From the IMG/VR virus record IMGVR_UViG_3300025853_000066: DNA of 64,000 bases; one strand, given 5' to 3'. How positions within the stretch are numbered: position 1 is the first letter of the stretch; each line of letters begins with the position of its first letter. Below the pieces are notes generated by a model. The model made no database searches. It saw nothing but the letters and a program-made list of their open reading frames with translations, and had not been told where the DNA came from. Positions 29,158 through 37,963 of the stretch are shown piece by piece. This DNA is from an uncultured virus (IMG/VR IMGVR_UViG_3300025853_000066). Its lineage: Duplodnaviria; Heunggongvirae; Uroviricota; Caudoviricetes. Both the position numbers and the translations under genes were made by a program.

Positions 29158-30213
29158 ATGACTATGAACGCAATCGGAAGCCATATATTTGCTGGTGGAT
29201 TTACTCTTGGAGTAGAAAAGCACTTCAATGTTTTGGCGCATTTTGAAGGTGATGGTGCTTATGGCGCTGACACGTTTGCTTTAAATAGACCGAATATACC
29301 AGTTTTTTCTGGACCTTCTAACTGGCCGGTTAAAGATTTCGAAGGTAAAGTTGATTTCGTTTATGGGAACCCTCCTTGTGCTCCTTGGTCAACACTAGGA
29401 ACGGGCGGTCGCAAAGATTTAGACTGGCGAGATGATCCTCGCATTGAAGCATGGTCTCATGTTTTTTCTCTTTTACACGATCTACAACCTAAAGCTTTAG
29501 CGATTGAGTCCGTTCCGAGAGTATTTGCAAAAACAGGAGGGCGGCCGATGATTGAAAGTTTTACAGAAAAAGCAATAAAAGCTGGATACAAAGTTACTCA
29601 TTTTTTAGTAGATGGTCAATACACAAATTTAAATCATAGTAGAAGAAGATTCTTTTTCTTAGCACATAAAGGAGGCTTGTCGTTTCCTCGATTGAATTGG
29701 AACCCTGCTCCTACGATTGCAGAAGTTTTAGCAGAAGTACCTGATCCTGGACATATGAATAGTTTCACTAAAACAGAAGCTGAATTAGTTTCTCAATGTG
29801 GTCAAGGAGAACAGTTAAGAACTGTATGGGAAAAGTTAAATCCACCAGAAACTTGGCAACGATCTGAGAAAGGAAGAAGAGGAGTTAAAGGTAGACCTCA
29901 GTTTATGAAATGGAGATTAAGGGCACATAAACCTGCGGGTGTTATCGCAGGAGGGTTTTATATTCACCCTACGGAAGATAGATTATTAGGTCATAAAGAA
30001 TTGGCTCACTTCTCTGGATATCCTCAAGATTATAAATGGGCCGGTCCTCCGTCTGGTTGGGGATCATTAATCGCACGATCAGTAATGCCACCTGTTGGTG
30101 AGTTCGTTGCGAGAGTAGTTAAAAATTCGATTGCTTCAAACGAAGAAGCAAAAGAAGATGTACAGTTAGTGGATTATACAAAGCCACCTGCTATGGAGGA
30201 TTTATTTGCATGA
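29158..30213 (+). CDS. C5 DNA cytosine methyltransferase (divergent motifs)
   Basis: IFAGGF (motif I-like), GNPPC (IV), IESV (VI; canonical ENV), SRRR (VIII), GYP..Y and SVMPPV (IX/X). Confidence 0.8.
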   Translation: MTMNAIGSHIFAGGFTLGVEKHFNVLAHFEGDGAYGADTFALNRPNIPVFSGPSNWPVKDFEGKVDFVYGNPPCAPWSTLGTGGRKDLDWRDDPRIEAWSHVFSLLHDLQPKALAIESVPRVFAKTGGRPMIESFTEKAIKAGYKVTHFLVDGQYTNLNHSRRRFFFLAHKGGLSFPRLNWNPAPTIAEVLAEVPDPGHMNSFTKTEAELVSQCGQGEQLRTVWEKLNPPETWQRSEKGRRGVKGRPQFMKWRLRAHKPAGVIAGGFYIHPTEDRLLGHKELAHFSGYPQDYKWAGPPSGWGSLIARSVMPPVGEFVARVVKNSIASNEEAKEDVQLVDYTKPPAMEDLFA

Positions 30214-30587
30214 GTCAGTATAAAGATATTGATGCTTTTCATAAAAAGTTTAAATTTAATCAAGGTAAAGGAATTAAGTCAATGGATTATAATTTCGGTA
30301 ATTGGCGTGTTGACTTTATCATGGAAGAGATTGCTGAGTTGACTGAAGCTTTAGATAATAAAGATGATGTAGAAATATTAGATGCTTTAGTTGATATCTG
30401 CTATGTGGCAATGGGAACAGCGTGGTTGATGGGTTTACCTTTTGAGGAAGCATGGAAAGAAGTACAACGATCTAACATGGAAAAGATTCGACAAGCAAGT
30501 GAACGATCTGAATTTGACGTAGTTAAACCTGAAGGTTGGAAGAAACCTGATATACGAGGAATTATTAAGAAATGGCAAAAGTCTTAA
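30210..30587 (+). CDS. MazG-like all-alpha NTP pyrophosphohydrolase
   Basis: EEIAEL..EILDALVDICYV..EVQRSNM.K..KPEGWKKPD. Confidence 0.85.
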   Translation: MSQYKDIDAFHKKFKFNQGKGIKSMDYNFGNWRVDFIMEEIAELTEALDNKDDVEILDALVDICYVAMGTAWLMGLPFEEAWKEVQRSNMEKIRQASERSEFDVVKPEGWKKPDIRGIIKKWQKS

Positions 30588-31612
30588 TTACAGGATTCAC
30601 TGCTAAAGGAATTGGTAGTGGTGATAATAAATTAAATATCGCAACTAGTGCGAATCTACTTCCGAAAGCATTAAAGCTAGCAGGTCACGAAGTAATTCAA
30701 AAACCAATTATACCAGGTGATGATGTATCGGAATACGATCACGTATTTGTTTTTATGTTTCCCCCTAATAGTTTACCAAGTGCTTATACTTATGGTGCGA
30801 TGTACACTTTAGCTAAAAGACCTGATGCTATCTGTGCTCTTGACGATTGGCAAACAAAAGACGTTCCTTCTGGCTTCGCTACATTTGCAAGAGAAGGCCA
30901 TTGGCGTTTATGGAAAACACAGACAAAGTCTGGTGCTCCTATGAAGAAACGATACTACGATCAAGCACTTGACTATAAGCAAGAATTAAACGACCTATGT
31001 ACTACAATGGGATTTGAAGAATGGCCTTATAGATGTCTTGCACCAGTGTATAGAACTGGTAATATTGAAGCATTAGGTATAAAAGCGAAAGAATTAATTT
31101 CATGGGATCCGACTCCTATTTGCGATTCCTACATGGAAACGCCTACAGATCTATTTAGTATTGATCAACAGGTAGACATTAAAAATAAAGAGAAAAAATG
31201 GGTCTATGCTTCTCTTATACAAAAGCCAGGTTGGTTAGAAAAAACACATGGTGAATGGGAAGTACAAGCTTATGGTAATAAGAACTTAGGTCAAGAAAGA
31301 ATTAGTGAACATGAACTATATAAAGTGTATCAGAAATCATGGGGAGTATTAGTACCGCCTCATTATCATACTTTAAGAAAAAGTGGTTGGTGGCGTGTAC
31401 GATATGGAATGATTAGAGATGCTCAATGCGTTACTGTAGGAGATCCTACGGAGTTATCAATCTTTTTTGAAGATAGGATTAAATCAAGAAAATCAATCGA
31501 GTTAATGAGTGATAGTGAATTAAAAGATTATCGAGATAAGCAACTATTAGATTATGAAGATATATTCTGGTCTAAAGAGGAATTAAAAAACTTTATAATA
31601 GATTTATTATGA
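30572..31612 (+). CDS. putative GT-B glycosyltransferase (T4 beta-glucosyltransferase-like)
   Basis: 346 aa; N-terminal Rossmann strand, AL..AGHEV, DVSEYDHVFV, LDD at the position of the BGT catalytic Asp, C-terminal WW.RVR. Similarity judged by eye only. Confidence 0.5.
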   Translation: MAKVLITGFTAKGIGSGDNKLNIATSANLLPKALKLAGHEVIQKPIIPGDDVSEYDHVFVFMFPPNSLPSAYTYGAMYTLAKRPDAICALDDWQTKDVPSGFATFAREGHWRLWKTQTKSGAPMKKRYYDQALDYKQELNDLCTTMGFEEWPYRCLAPVYRTGNIEALGIKAKELISWDPTPICDSYMETPTDLFSIDQQVDIKNKEKKWVYASLIQKPGWLEKTHGEWEVQAYGNKNLGQERISEHELYKVYQKSWGVLVPPHYHTLRKSGWWRVRYGMIRDAQCVTVGDPTELSIFFEDRIKSRKSIELMSDSELKDYRDKQLLDYEDIFWSKEELKNFIIDLL

Positions 31613-32160
31613 ATGGAATATTAATTGTAGAAGGCCCCGATGGTGCTGGTAAGACTACATTAATTAATAAACTTAGAAATCATTGGCTATTTGAAACTCG
31701 CTATATGCATCTTCGAGTGCATAAAGAAATGGAAAAGTGGCATTGCGCTACTGCGAGAAGAGCCATTCGATTATCAAAAGACTATCTTGTTATCTTAGAT
31801 CGACATTGGCCGAGTGAGCAAATCTATTCTTATGAACGAGCACCTGGTCCAAGCTATAATCCTATGAATATGGTTGATTGGCTAAAGAGTCATGGTGCAA
31901 TTTATATATGGGCTATACCAGAAGATTATGAAAGATTGATTGAAGAACATAAGACTAGAAGAGAAGAAAGACACGAAGAGTATCACGATATAACGAATGT
32001 TGTTAAAAGATATTATGATCATTGGTACGGTACTTATGAAGGGCCAGATAACTATTTAAAGAAGATACAACCATTAAATAAAAGAGATGACTTCATACGA
32101 TACGATCGGTTTACTGATAAAGATATTTTAGATAGAATAATAGATAAGTTAAGACCATAG
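31609..32160 (+). CDS. dNMP (thymidylate-like) kinase
   Basis: VEGPDGAGKTT P-loop; LDRHWPSE.IY. Confidence 0.85.
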   Translation: MNGILIVEGPDGAGKTTLINKLRNHWLFETRYMHLRVHKEMEKWHCATARRAIRLSKDYLVILDRHWPSEQIYSYERAPGPSYNPMNMVDWLKSHGAIYIWAIPEDYERLIEEHKTRREERHEEYHDITNVVKRYYDHWYGTYEGPDNYLKKIQPLNKRDDFIRYDRFTDKDILDRIIDKLRP

Positions 32161-32174
32161 AAAGGAAGAAAGCA

Positions 32175-32954
32175 ATGCCTATGAATCATGCTAATGAAGT
32201 CTATCGCAATCTACTTGATGAAGTAGAAGATAGAGGATTCGGAGCAGACCCTCGTGGTATGTTTACGAAAGAGATTATCGGACATACGACTAGATGTGAT
32301 ATGAGTTCACCTATCGTTACGATACCAGAAAGAGAACTTGGATATAAGTTCATGTTCGCTGAAGCACACTGGATACTATCAGGTGATAATCGAGTATCAA
32401 CAATTAAACCTTACTCTAACGTTATTAAAAGATTTAGTGATGACGGAGTATTTTATTTCGGAGCCTACGGCCCTAAAGTCGTAGATCAGTTACCTTATAT
32501 CTGTAAAGCTTTAAATGACGATATAACGACACGTCAAGCTTGTATTAATATATGGAGAGAGAAACCACCCGTATCGAAAGACGTGCCTTGCACGTTATCT
32601 TTACAGTTCTTAGTTCGAAGAGATACTTTATATGTGATTGCGAATATGAGAAGTAATGACGTATGGCTCGGTTGGCCTTACGATAACTTTAACTTTAGTA
32701 TGATCGGTTTATCTGTCTGTCTTTTAATGAAAGAAATTCATGGTAAAGATCTTAAATTAGGAATGCTGACGAATAATGCGGGTAGTCGACATCTTTATAA
32801 AGAGAACTTTGAAAAGGCTTATAAAGTGATAGATTCTAAAGAAATGGGTAATTCCTATCCAACTTTTAAACCTGAAAACTTTAACAGCTTTGAAGATTTA
32901 AAGCAACAATTAAACACGTGGAAAGATAATCCTAGTGAATTTTTTACAACATAG
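32175..32954 (+). CDS. thymidylate synthase homologue with dCMP-type specificity residue (dCMP hydroxymethylase/methylase-like)
   Basis: DVPCT catalytic Cys; MRSNDVWLGWPYD has Asp where ThyA has Asn. Confidence 0.8.
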   Translation: MPMNHANEVYRNLLDEVEDRGFGADPRGMFTKEIIGHTTRCDMSSPIVTIPERELGYKFMFAEAHWILSGDNRVSTIKPYSNVIKRFSDDGVFYFGAYGPKVVDQLPYICKALNDDITTRQACINIWREKPPVSKDVPCTLSLQFLVRRDTLYVIANMRSNDVWLGWPYDNFNFSMIGLSVCLLMKEIHGKDLKLGMLTNNAGSRHLYKENFEKAYKVIDSKEMGNSYPTFKPENFNSFEDLKQQLNTWKDNPSEFFTT

Positions 32955-33396
32955 ACCTTCGAAAGATGAATACTTTATGGATATGGCACTCCTTGTGTCA
33001 GAGAGAAGTACGTGTCTTAGAAGAAAAGTTGGTGCTGTTTTAATTAATAAAAGAAAACATGTTCTTGCGACAGGGTATAACGGTGTGGCATCAGGACAAC
33101 CTCATTGTTTAGATATACCCTGCATTGGTGCTAACTCAGCATCAGGAACTGATTTAGATTTATGTGAAGCTGTTCATGCGGAACAGAACGCACTCCTTCA
33201 GTGTAAAAATGTGTTTGAAATCGATACTTGCTACGTTACAGTATCTCCTTGCATGACGTGTACTAAGTTATTATTAAATACGAGTTGTCAAACTATTATC
33301 TTTGAAGAAGATTACGTTGATCAAAAAGCAAGATTATTATGGGAACGACACGATAGAAAGTGGGTAAGGATTGACGGATCTTTTCAAACCCACTAG
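32935..33396 (+). CDS. dCMP deaminase
   Basis: RSTC.RR.VGA, TGYNG, HAEQNA, SPCMTC zinc motif. Confidence 0.9.
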   Translation: MNFLQHRPSKDEYFMDMALLVSERSTCLRRKVGAVLINKRKHVLATGYNGVASGQPHCLDIPCIGANSASGTDLDLCEAVHAEQNALLQCKNVFEIDTCYVTVSPCMTCTKLLLNTSCQTIIFEEDYVDQKARLLWERHDRKWVRIDGSFQTH

Positions 33397-35233
33397 CAAT
33401 TGGACACCTCCTACAGTACTTCCTGATCTTTCACCCTCTAAAATAATCGGAGTTGATTTAGAAACATTCGACCCAGGCTTAAAGAAGTATGGACCTGGAA
33501 GCATCAGAAAAGATGGTCATGTTGCAGGAATCAGCGTAGCAGGAGATGATGGTAAAGGTTATTATCTTCCTATCGCACATCAAGACGGTGGCAATCTTCC
33601 TAAACCTTTAGTTGTAAATTATTTAAAAGAATTACTTGCGACTGATACTCCGAAAGTATTTGCGAATGCCTTATACGATTTAGAATGGCTACATAATTTA
33701 GGAATTAAAGTTAATGGTAAATGCTATGACGTTCAATTACTAGAACATCTTATAGATGAGAATCAGAAAGATTATTCATTACAAGCTTTAGGAAAGAAGT
33801 ATGTCGGTGATGGTAAAGACGAAACTTTATTAACGGATGCTGTTCGAGCACACTTCGGAAAGAAAGATGTAAAGGGAAATATATGGCGCCTTCATAGTAG
33901 TTATGTAGGACCGTATGCGGAACAGGATGCGATACTTCCTGTAAAGATTATTAAGGAACAGTGGAAACAGATAAAACAACAGGAACTAGAAAAGATTGTA
34001 AAATTAGAAACAAACTTAACTCCGATGCTTTTATCTATGAGAGTACAGGGAGTAAATGTAGATTTAGATAACGCAGAGAAAGTATCTAAAAGATTAGAAC
34101 TACAAGAACATGAAGCGCAGGATATTTTAAATAAGAAATCAGGTATCGATTGTAATGTATGGGCAAATGAAAGTTTAGGAAGAGCCTACGATAACTGTAG
34201 TATTCCTTACGGTCGTACTCCTACAGGAAAGCCTAGCTTTACTCAAACGTTTCTTGATCAAGCTGAAGATGAATTATCAAACTTAGTCTTAAAAGTCAGA
34301 AAGTTAAATAAGCTACGCACAACATTTATTCATGGTATGATTTTAGAAAAGCATGTTAATGGAAGAGTTCACTGTCAGTTTAATGCGAGAGGAGCAGTTA
34401 CAGGGAGATTTAGTTCGAGCAACCCGAATCTTCAACAGGTACCTGCTCGTGATGAAGAACTATCTAAATTAATACGAGGCCTCTTTTTGCCTGAACAAGA
34501 TCAGAAATGGTATTGTATTGACTACGCACAGCAGGAGCCGAGATTATTGGTTCACTTTGCATCAAGATTAAAATTACCAGAAAGTATGACGGCGTTATCA
34601 GCTTATAAGACTGATGAGAAAACGGACTTTCATACGATGGTCGCATCAATGGCAGGAATAAAAAGAAAGCAAGCGAAAACGATTAACTTAGGATTATTCT
34701 ACGGTATGGGTAAAAAGAAATTAGCGAGTCAGTTAGGACTTGAATGGAATGAAGCAGAATCTTTATTTAAGAAATATCATACACGTGTTCCTTTCGTGAG
34801 AGGTCTATACGATAGAATGTTAAACTATGCGAGCAAGAGTGGTTATATAAAAACTTTACTCGGTCGCAAACGACACTTCGATCTATGGGAAGATGCTACT
34901 GACTTCGGAAGCATGGGTCATCCATTAGAACGAGCAAAAGAAATTTATAAAGGAAAACCATTAAGGCGTGCTTATACTCATAAAGCATTAAATTCTTTAA
35001 TACAAGGAAGTGCGGCTGATGTAACAAAAGCGGCTATGCTCAAAGTCTATGAAGCAGGGCTCTTGACTCCTTTATTAACTGTTCATGATGAACTTGATTT
35101 CTCGATACCTCAAGATGATAAGGGATTAGAACAGTTAAAAGAAATTGTCCATGAAATGAAAAACTGTGTTGATCTAGATCTACCTCTTCAGGTTGATGTA
35201 GAATCAGGGAAAGATTGGGGTAACATTGAGTGA
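33371..35233 (+). CDS. polA: family A DNA polymerase
   Basis: DLET exonuclease motif, TGRFSSSNPNLQQ, DYAQQEPR (A), RKQAKTINLG..YG (B), TVHDE (C). Confidence 0.95.
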   Translation: MTDLFKPTSNWTPPTVLPDLSPSKIIGVDLETFDPGLKKYGPGSIRKDGHVAGISVAGDDGKGYYLPIAHQDGGNLPKPLVVNYLKELLATDTPKVFANALYDLEWLHNLGIKVNGKCYDVQLLEHLIDENQKDYSLQALGKKYVGDGKDETLLTDAVRAHFGKKDVKGNIWRLHSSYVGPYAEQDAILPVKIIKEQWKQIKQQELEKIVKLETNLTPMLLSMRVQGVNVDLDNAEKVSKRLELQEHEAQDILNKKSGIDCNVWANESLGRAYDNCSIPYGRTPTGKPSFTQTFLDQAEDELSNLVLKVRKLNKLRTTFIHGMILEKHVNGRVHCQFNARGAVTGRFSSSNPNLQQVPARDEELSKLIRGLFLPEQDQKWYCIDYAQQEPRLLVHFASRLKLPESMTALSAYKTDEKTDFHTMVASMAGIKRKQAKTINLGLFYGMGKKKLASQLGLEWNEAESLFKKYHTRVPFVRGLYDRMLNYASKSGYIKTLLGRKRHFDLWEDATDFGSMGHPLERAKEIYKGKPLRRAYTHKALNSLIQGSAADVTKAAMLKVYEAGLLTPLLTVHDELDFSIPQDDKGLEQLKEIVHEMKNCVDLDLPLQVDVESGKDWGNIE

Positions 35234-35630
35234 AGCGAATCTGTGGAATCTTACAAGAAAACATCTTAATGATTTCTTTTTACAAAGAATAGAAACAGCG
35301 ATTGAAAGAGGAATCCCTGATCTCTTTTACTGTACGCCTGAAGGCGTTTGTGGCTGGATTGAAGGAAAGTACGCTGATAAACCCGTTAAAGAAACCTCGA
35401 AAGTAAGACTCAAAGTATCAGTAGAACAGATAGCGTGGCATCGTTCCTTTTCTCGATTTAAAGGGCGTGTCTATATCTTAGCTAAAGTTAGTAAGGAAAT
35501 TTATTTATACCGGCCAGAAATGGCTGAAAAGCTGATTTCTGGCGTAGTTTATACCGACTTAAAGGGTCTATCGATAGCTTCTGATTGGAATTCAATAAAA
35601 AAGGCCCTTTCCGAAGAAAAGGCCTTCTAG
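35226..35630 (+). CDS. VRR-NUC / resolvase-like PD-(D/E)XK nuclease
   Basis: RIE..GIPDL..WIE.K..Q..WH motif, downstream of polA. Confidence 0.75.
   Translation: MSEANLWNLTRKHLNDFFLQRIETAIERGIPDLFYCTPEGVCGWIEGKYADKPVKETSKVRLKVSVEQIAWHRSFSRFKGRVYILAKVSKEIYLYRPEMAEKLISGVVYTDLKGLSIASDWNSIKKALSEEKAF
35601..35626 (+). terminator. hairpin at the end of the replication operon
   Basis: aaggcc-c-tttc / gaaa-a-ggcctt stem with cgaa loop; weak U tail. Confidence 0.4.
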
Positions 35631-35761
35631 TACGTTTTGTTATAAAGTTTAGGAGGACTTAATGAACAAAATATAATTTTATTGTACTCGAATTATAGAT
35701 AATTGCGACAAAATTATTTTTTTCGTATATAATAAATTTAAGATAAAGAAAGGAGAATCCA

Positions 35762-36523
35762 ATGGCCGATATTGAAGCTATTAAAAAGAAGATCGCAAAA
35801 CTACTTGCGATGGCTAACGATTCAGGTGCTTCGGAAGCTGAAGCACAGATGGCTTTTGAAAAAGCACAGGAATATCTTGCGGAATATAATTTAAACGCAG
35901 ACGATGTTACTAACGATTTAGAACATGAAGATATTACTGATGAAGCTTTTACAGAGCAAGTAAGAGAGACATGGCAGATTACTTTACGAACTGCTACTGC
36001 TCGTCTTTACTTTTGTAAATATTATTATAATACAGGAGTGTTAGACGATAACTACAAGAAAGCTACGGAGCATAACTACGTAGGAAGGCCGCATAATATA
36101 GCGGTCGCAAAGTCGATGGCTTCCTATCTGATTAACACGATTAAAAGATTAGGAGAAGAACATGTCGCACCCGTACCGGGCGATAAACGCACACTGAATG
36201 GTATTCGAAGAAACTTCGAATTAGGTTGCGCTTCTAAAGTAACAGCTCGAATTAATCAAAAGTATAGAGAGATAGAGCGACAAGATCCCGGTGATTATCA
36301 AATCGAAGGAACGAAGCATAATCTTCCTGCTTTATATAAATCGGAATTAGCTTTATGCCAAGATCACTTAAAGAATCAAGGTATTCATCTTCGATCTACA
36401 TCAACTAAACGTAATGTTACGAATGGAGAAGCTTATCATCGAGGTCGAGCGGCAGGTGAAAGTGTGTCGTTAAATACACAGTTGAATAAGAGTAGTTCTC
36501 GTTATATGTTAGGGAATGGCTAA
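35762..36523 (+). CDS. DUF2786-like protein
   Basis: KKIAKLLAMA..EA..A..KAQ..L..YN N-terminus. Confidence 0.75.
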   Translation: MADIEAIKKKIAKLLAMANDSGASEAEAQMAFEKAQEYLAEYNLNADDVTNDLEHEDITDEAFTEQVRETWQITLRTATARLYFCKYYYNTGVLDDNYKKATEHNYVGRPHNIAVAKSMASYLINTIKRLGEEHVAPVPGDKRTLNGIRRNFELGCASKVTARINQKYREIERQDPGDYQIEGTKHNLPALYKSELALCQDHLKNQGIHLRSTSTKRNVTNGEAYHRGRAAGESVSLNTQLNKSSSRYMLGNG

Positions 36524-36779
36524 AATAGAAGATTGCGATATCGTTCATGTTACCTGGTGGGATGCGTTTGACGCATTAGGAGCCGGGTGGCATGAATGGG
36601 AAGAGATCGACAAAAAAGCAGTTCTCGCTAAATGTACGAGTGTCGGATATTTATATAGAGAAAATGATGATGAAATCGTGTTAGTCGGAGATGAAACCGG
36701 TGAGTTCGGTTCAAGAATCACGGTCATCCCGAAAGCATGGACGATTGAAATCAGTACATTAAAAAAGGTAAAGAGATGA
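36516..36779 (+). CDS. conserved phage hypothetical protein
   Basis: V.W.DA..W..C.SVG..IP motif. Confidence 0.65.
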   Translation: MAKIEDCDIVHVTWWDAFDALGAGWHEWEEIDKKAVLAKCTSVGYLYRENDDEIVLVGDETGEFGSRITVIPKAWTIEISTLKKVKR

Positions 36780-37003
36780 AACAGACTTTTCCGTATGTAG
36801 TGAAGGTGTATTACGAAGTTGAAGGACAGTTAAAAACTGTTGAATTTCAAGAATATGACGATCTTGAATACAGTAATATCGGTAAGATAGTACAGCGAAT
36901 GGAAGATAAAATAGGGTACGATAAGATTAAAAACATCTTAGTTCAACCCGATGTCCCTAATCTAACGTCTTTCGGTCGTATGACTCCTTTAACTCTTCAT
37001 TAA
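36776..37003 (+). CDS. hypothetical protein
   Basis: ATGA-coupled ORF. Confidence 0.55.
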   Translation: MKQTFPYVVKVYYEVEGQLKTVEFQEYDDLEYSNIGKIVQRMEDKIGYDKIKNILVQPDVPNLTSFGRMTPLTLH

Positions 37004-37061
37004 CGGTTTAGACTGTTTCATTAAGTAAATATACTTTAGAATTAAGAAAGGAATAACAGAG

Positions 37062-37340
37062 ATGAAAATACGATATGCGCAACGAACTTTATTAGAGTTC
37101 ATTAACCAGTGGAGTTTACAACACCACGATCATGGCTACGATCAGTCTTGCTTTGAAGATTTAGAAAAAGACATGAACTTTCCTGTAAAAGAAATTAAAG
37201 ATGTAAAGAATCGAGAAGATGTAAAATTCGTTACATTTTTACTTGACGATAAAGGAAAACATGCGAATCTTTATATGAGAGATGTTGATCTCAATGCGCT
37301 TCCGATCTTTGACACAGGAGATAGCGTCACGCTTCATTGA
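37062..37340 (+). CDS. hypothetical protein
   Basis: ORF with AAGGA RBS. Confidence 0.55.
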   Translation: MKIRYAQRTLLEFINQWSLQHHDHGYDQSCFEDLEKDMNFPVKEIKDVKNREDVKFVTFLLDDKGKHANLYMRDVDLNALPIFDTGDSVTLH

Positions 37341-37343
37341 TGA

Positions 37344-37547
37344 ATGAAATGGTTTTTGGTAGGATGGGTTTGTCTAGGTTATGGCGTTGATCACACTTGT
37401 GTCAGAATGGGATCCGAAGTGATACACCCATCATATGACCAATGTAATGAATATTATCAAGCCATAACTCGAGACCTAAAAGACCTTGATACAGTAACAT
37501 TAAAATTTACTTGTGTTCAAGCGGGACTAATTGAAGATGTACTATAA
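37344..37547 (+). CDS. small secreted/membrane-type hypothetical protein
   Basis: Hydrophobic N-terminus, four Cys. Confidence 0.55.
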   Translation: MKWFLVGWVCLGYGVDHTCVRMGSEVIHPSYDQCNEYYQAITRDLKDLDTVTLKFTCVQAGLIEDVL

Positions 37548-37721
37548 AGTTCTTCTGATAAAATTAGGGAATTGACCTTCTTGCTTAAATGTCATATAAG
37601 CAGCGTACCAATCATTTTTATATTCAGCTTGACAGAAAGTTTTAATTGACTCATCTTTATCTTCTTCTGTTTTAAAGAAGTTGAGAAAGTGATTCATTGA
37701 TCGTTTGGTTAAATTAAACAT
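37542..37721 (-). CDS. hypothetical protein (59 aa), only clear minus-strand gene in the early region
   Basis: AAGGAG RBS upstream of the ATG at 37721; FC..EY..DW..AY motif. Confidence 0.65.
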   Translation of the reverse strand: MFNLTKRSMNHFLNFFKTEEDKDESIKTFCQAEYKNDWYAAYMTFKQEGQFPNFIRRTL

Positions 37722-37914
37722 TATATTTTCTCCTTTGTGGCACTTTATATTTAGGTTGATCGCTAAAGAAAATTGTTTATTTTGCACAGCAGATATATTA
37801 TTTTTGAGTTGGCGGCATTTAAATTAACAAATAAATCCGTGTATATATAGCAAAAATCACTAATCGAGTGCCCTTGATTAGGAGTGCCGCCATCCCCTAA
37901 ATAAAGATTCTTGT

Positions 37915-37963
37915 TTTACATTCTTTAGATAAAATTTATTATAAATAAAAAAGGAGAAAGTAT
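37915..37963 (+). promoter_or_regulatory. sigma70-like early promoter plus RBS
   Basis: TTTACA-16 nt-TATTAT, then A-rich leader and AAGGAGAAAG. Confidence 0.6.

Noticed and set aside
32175..32954. Canonical thymidylate synthase thyA
   Set aside because: Asp replaces the dUMP-specifying Asn and the N-terminus diverges from ThyA.
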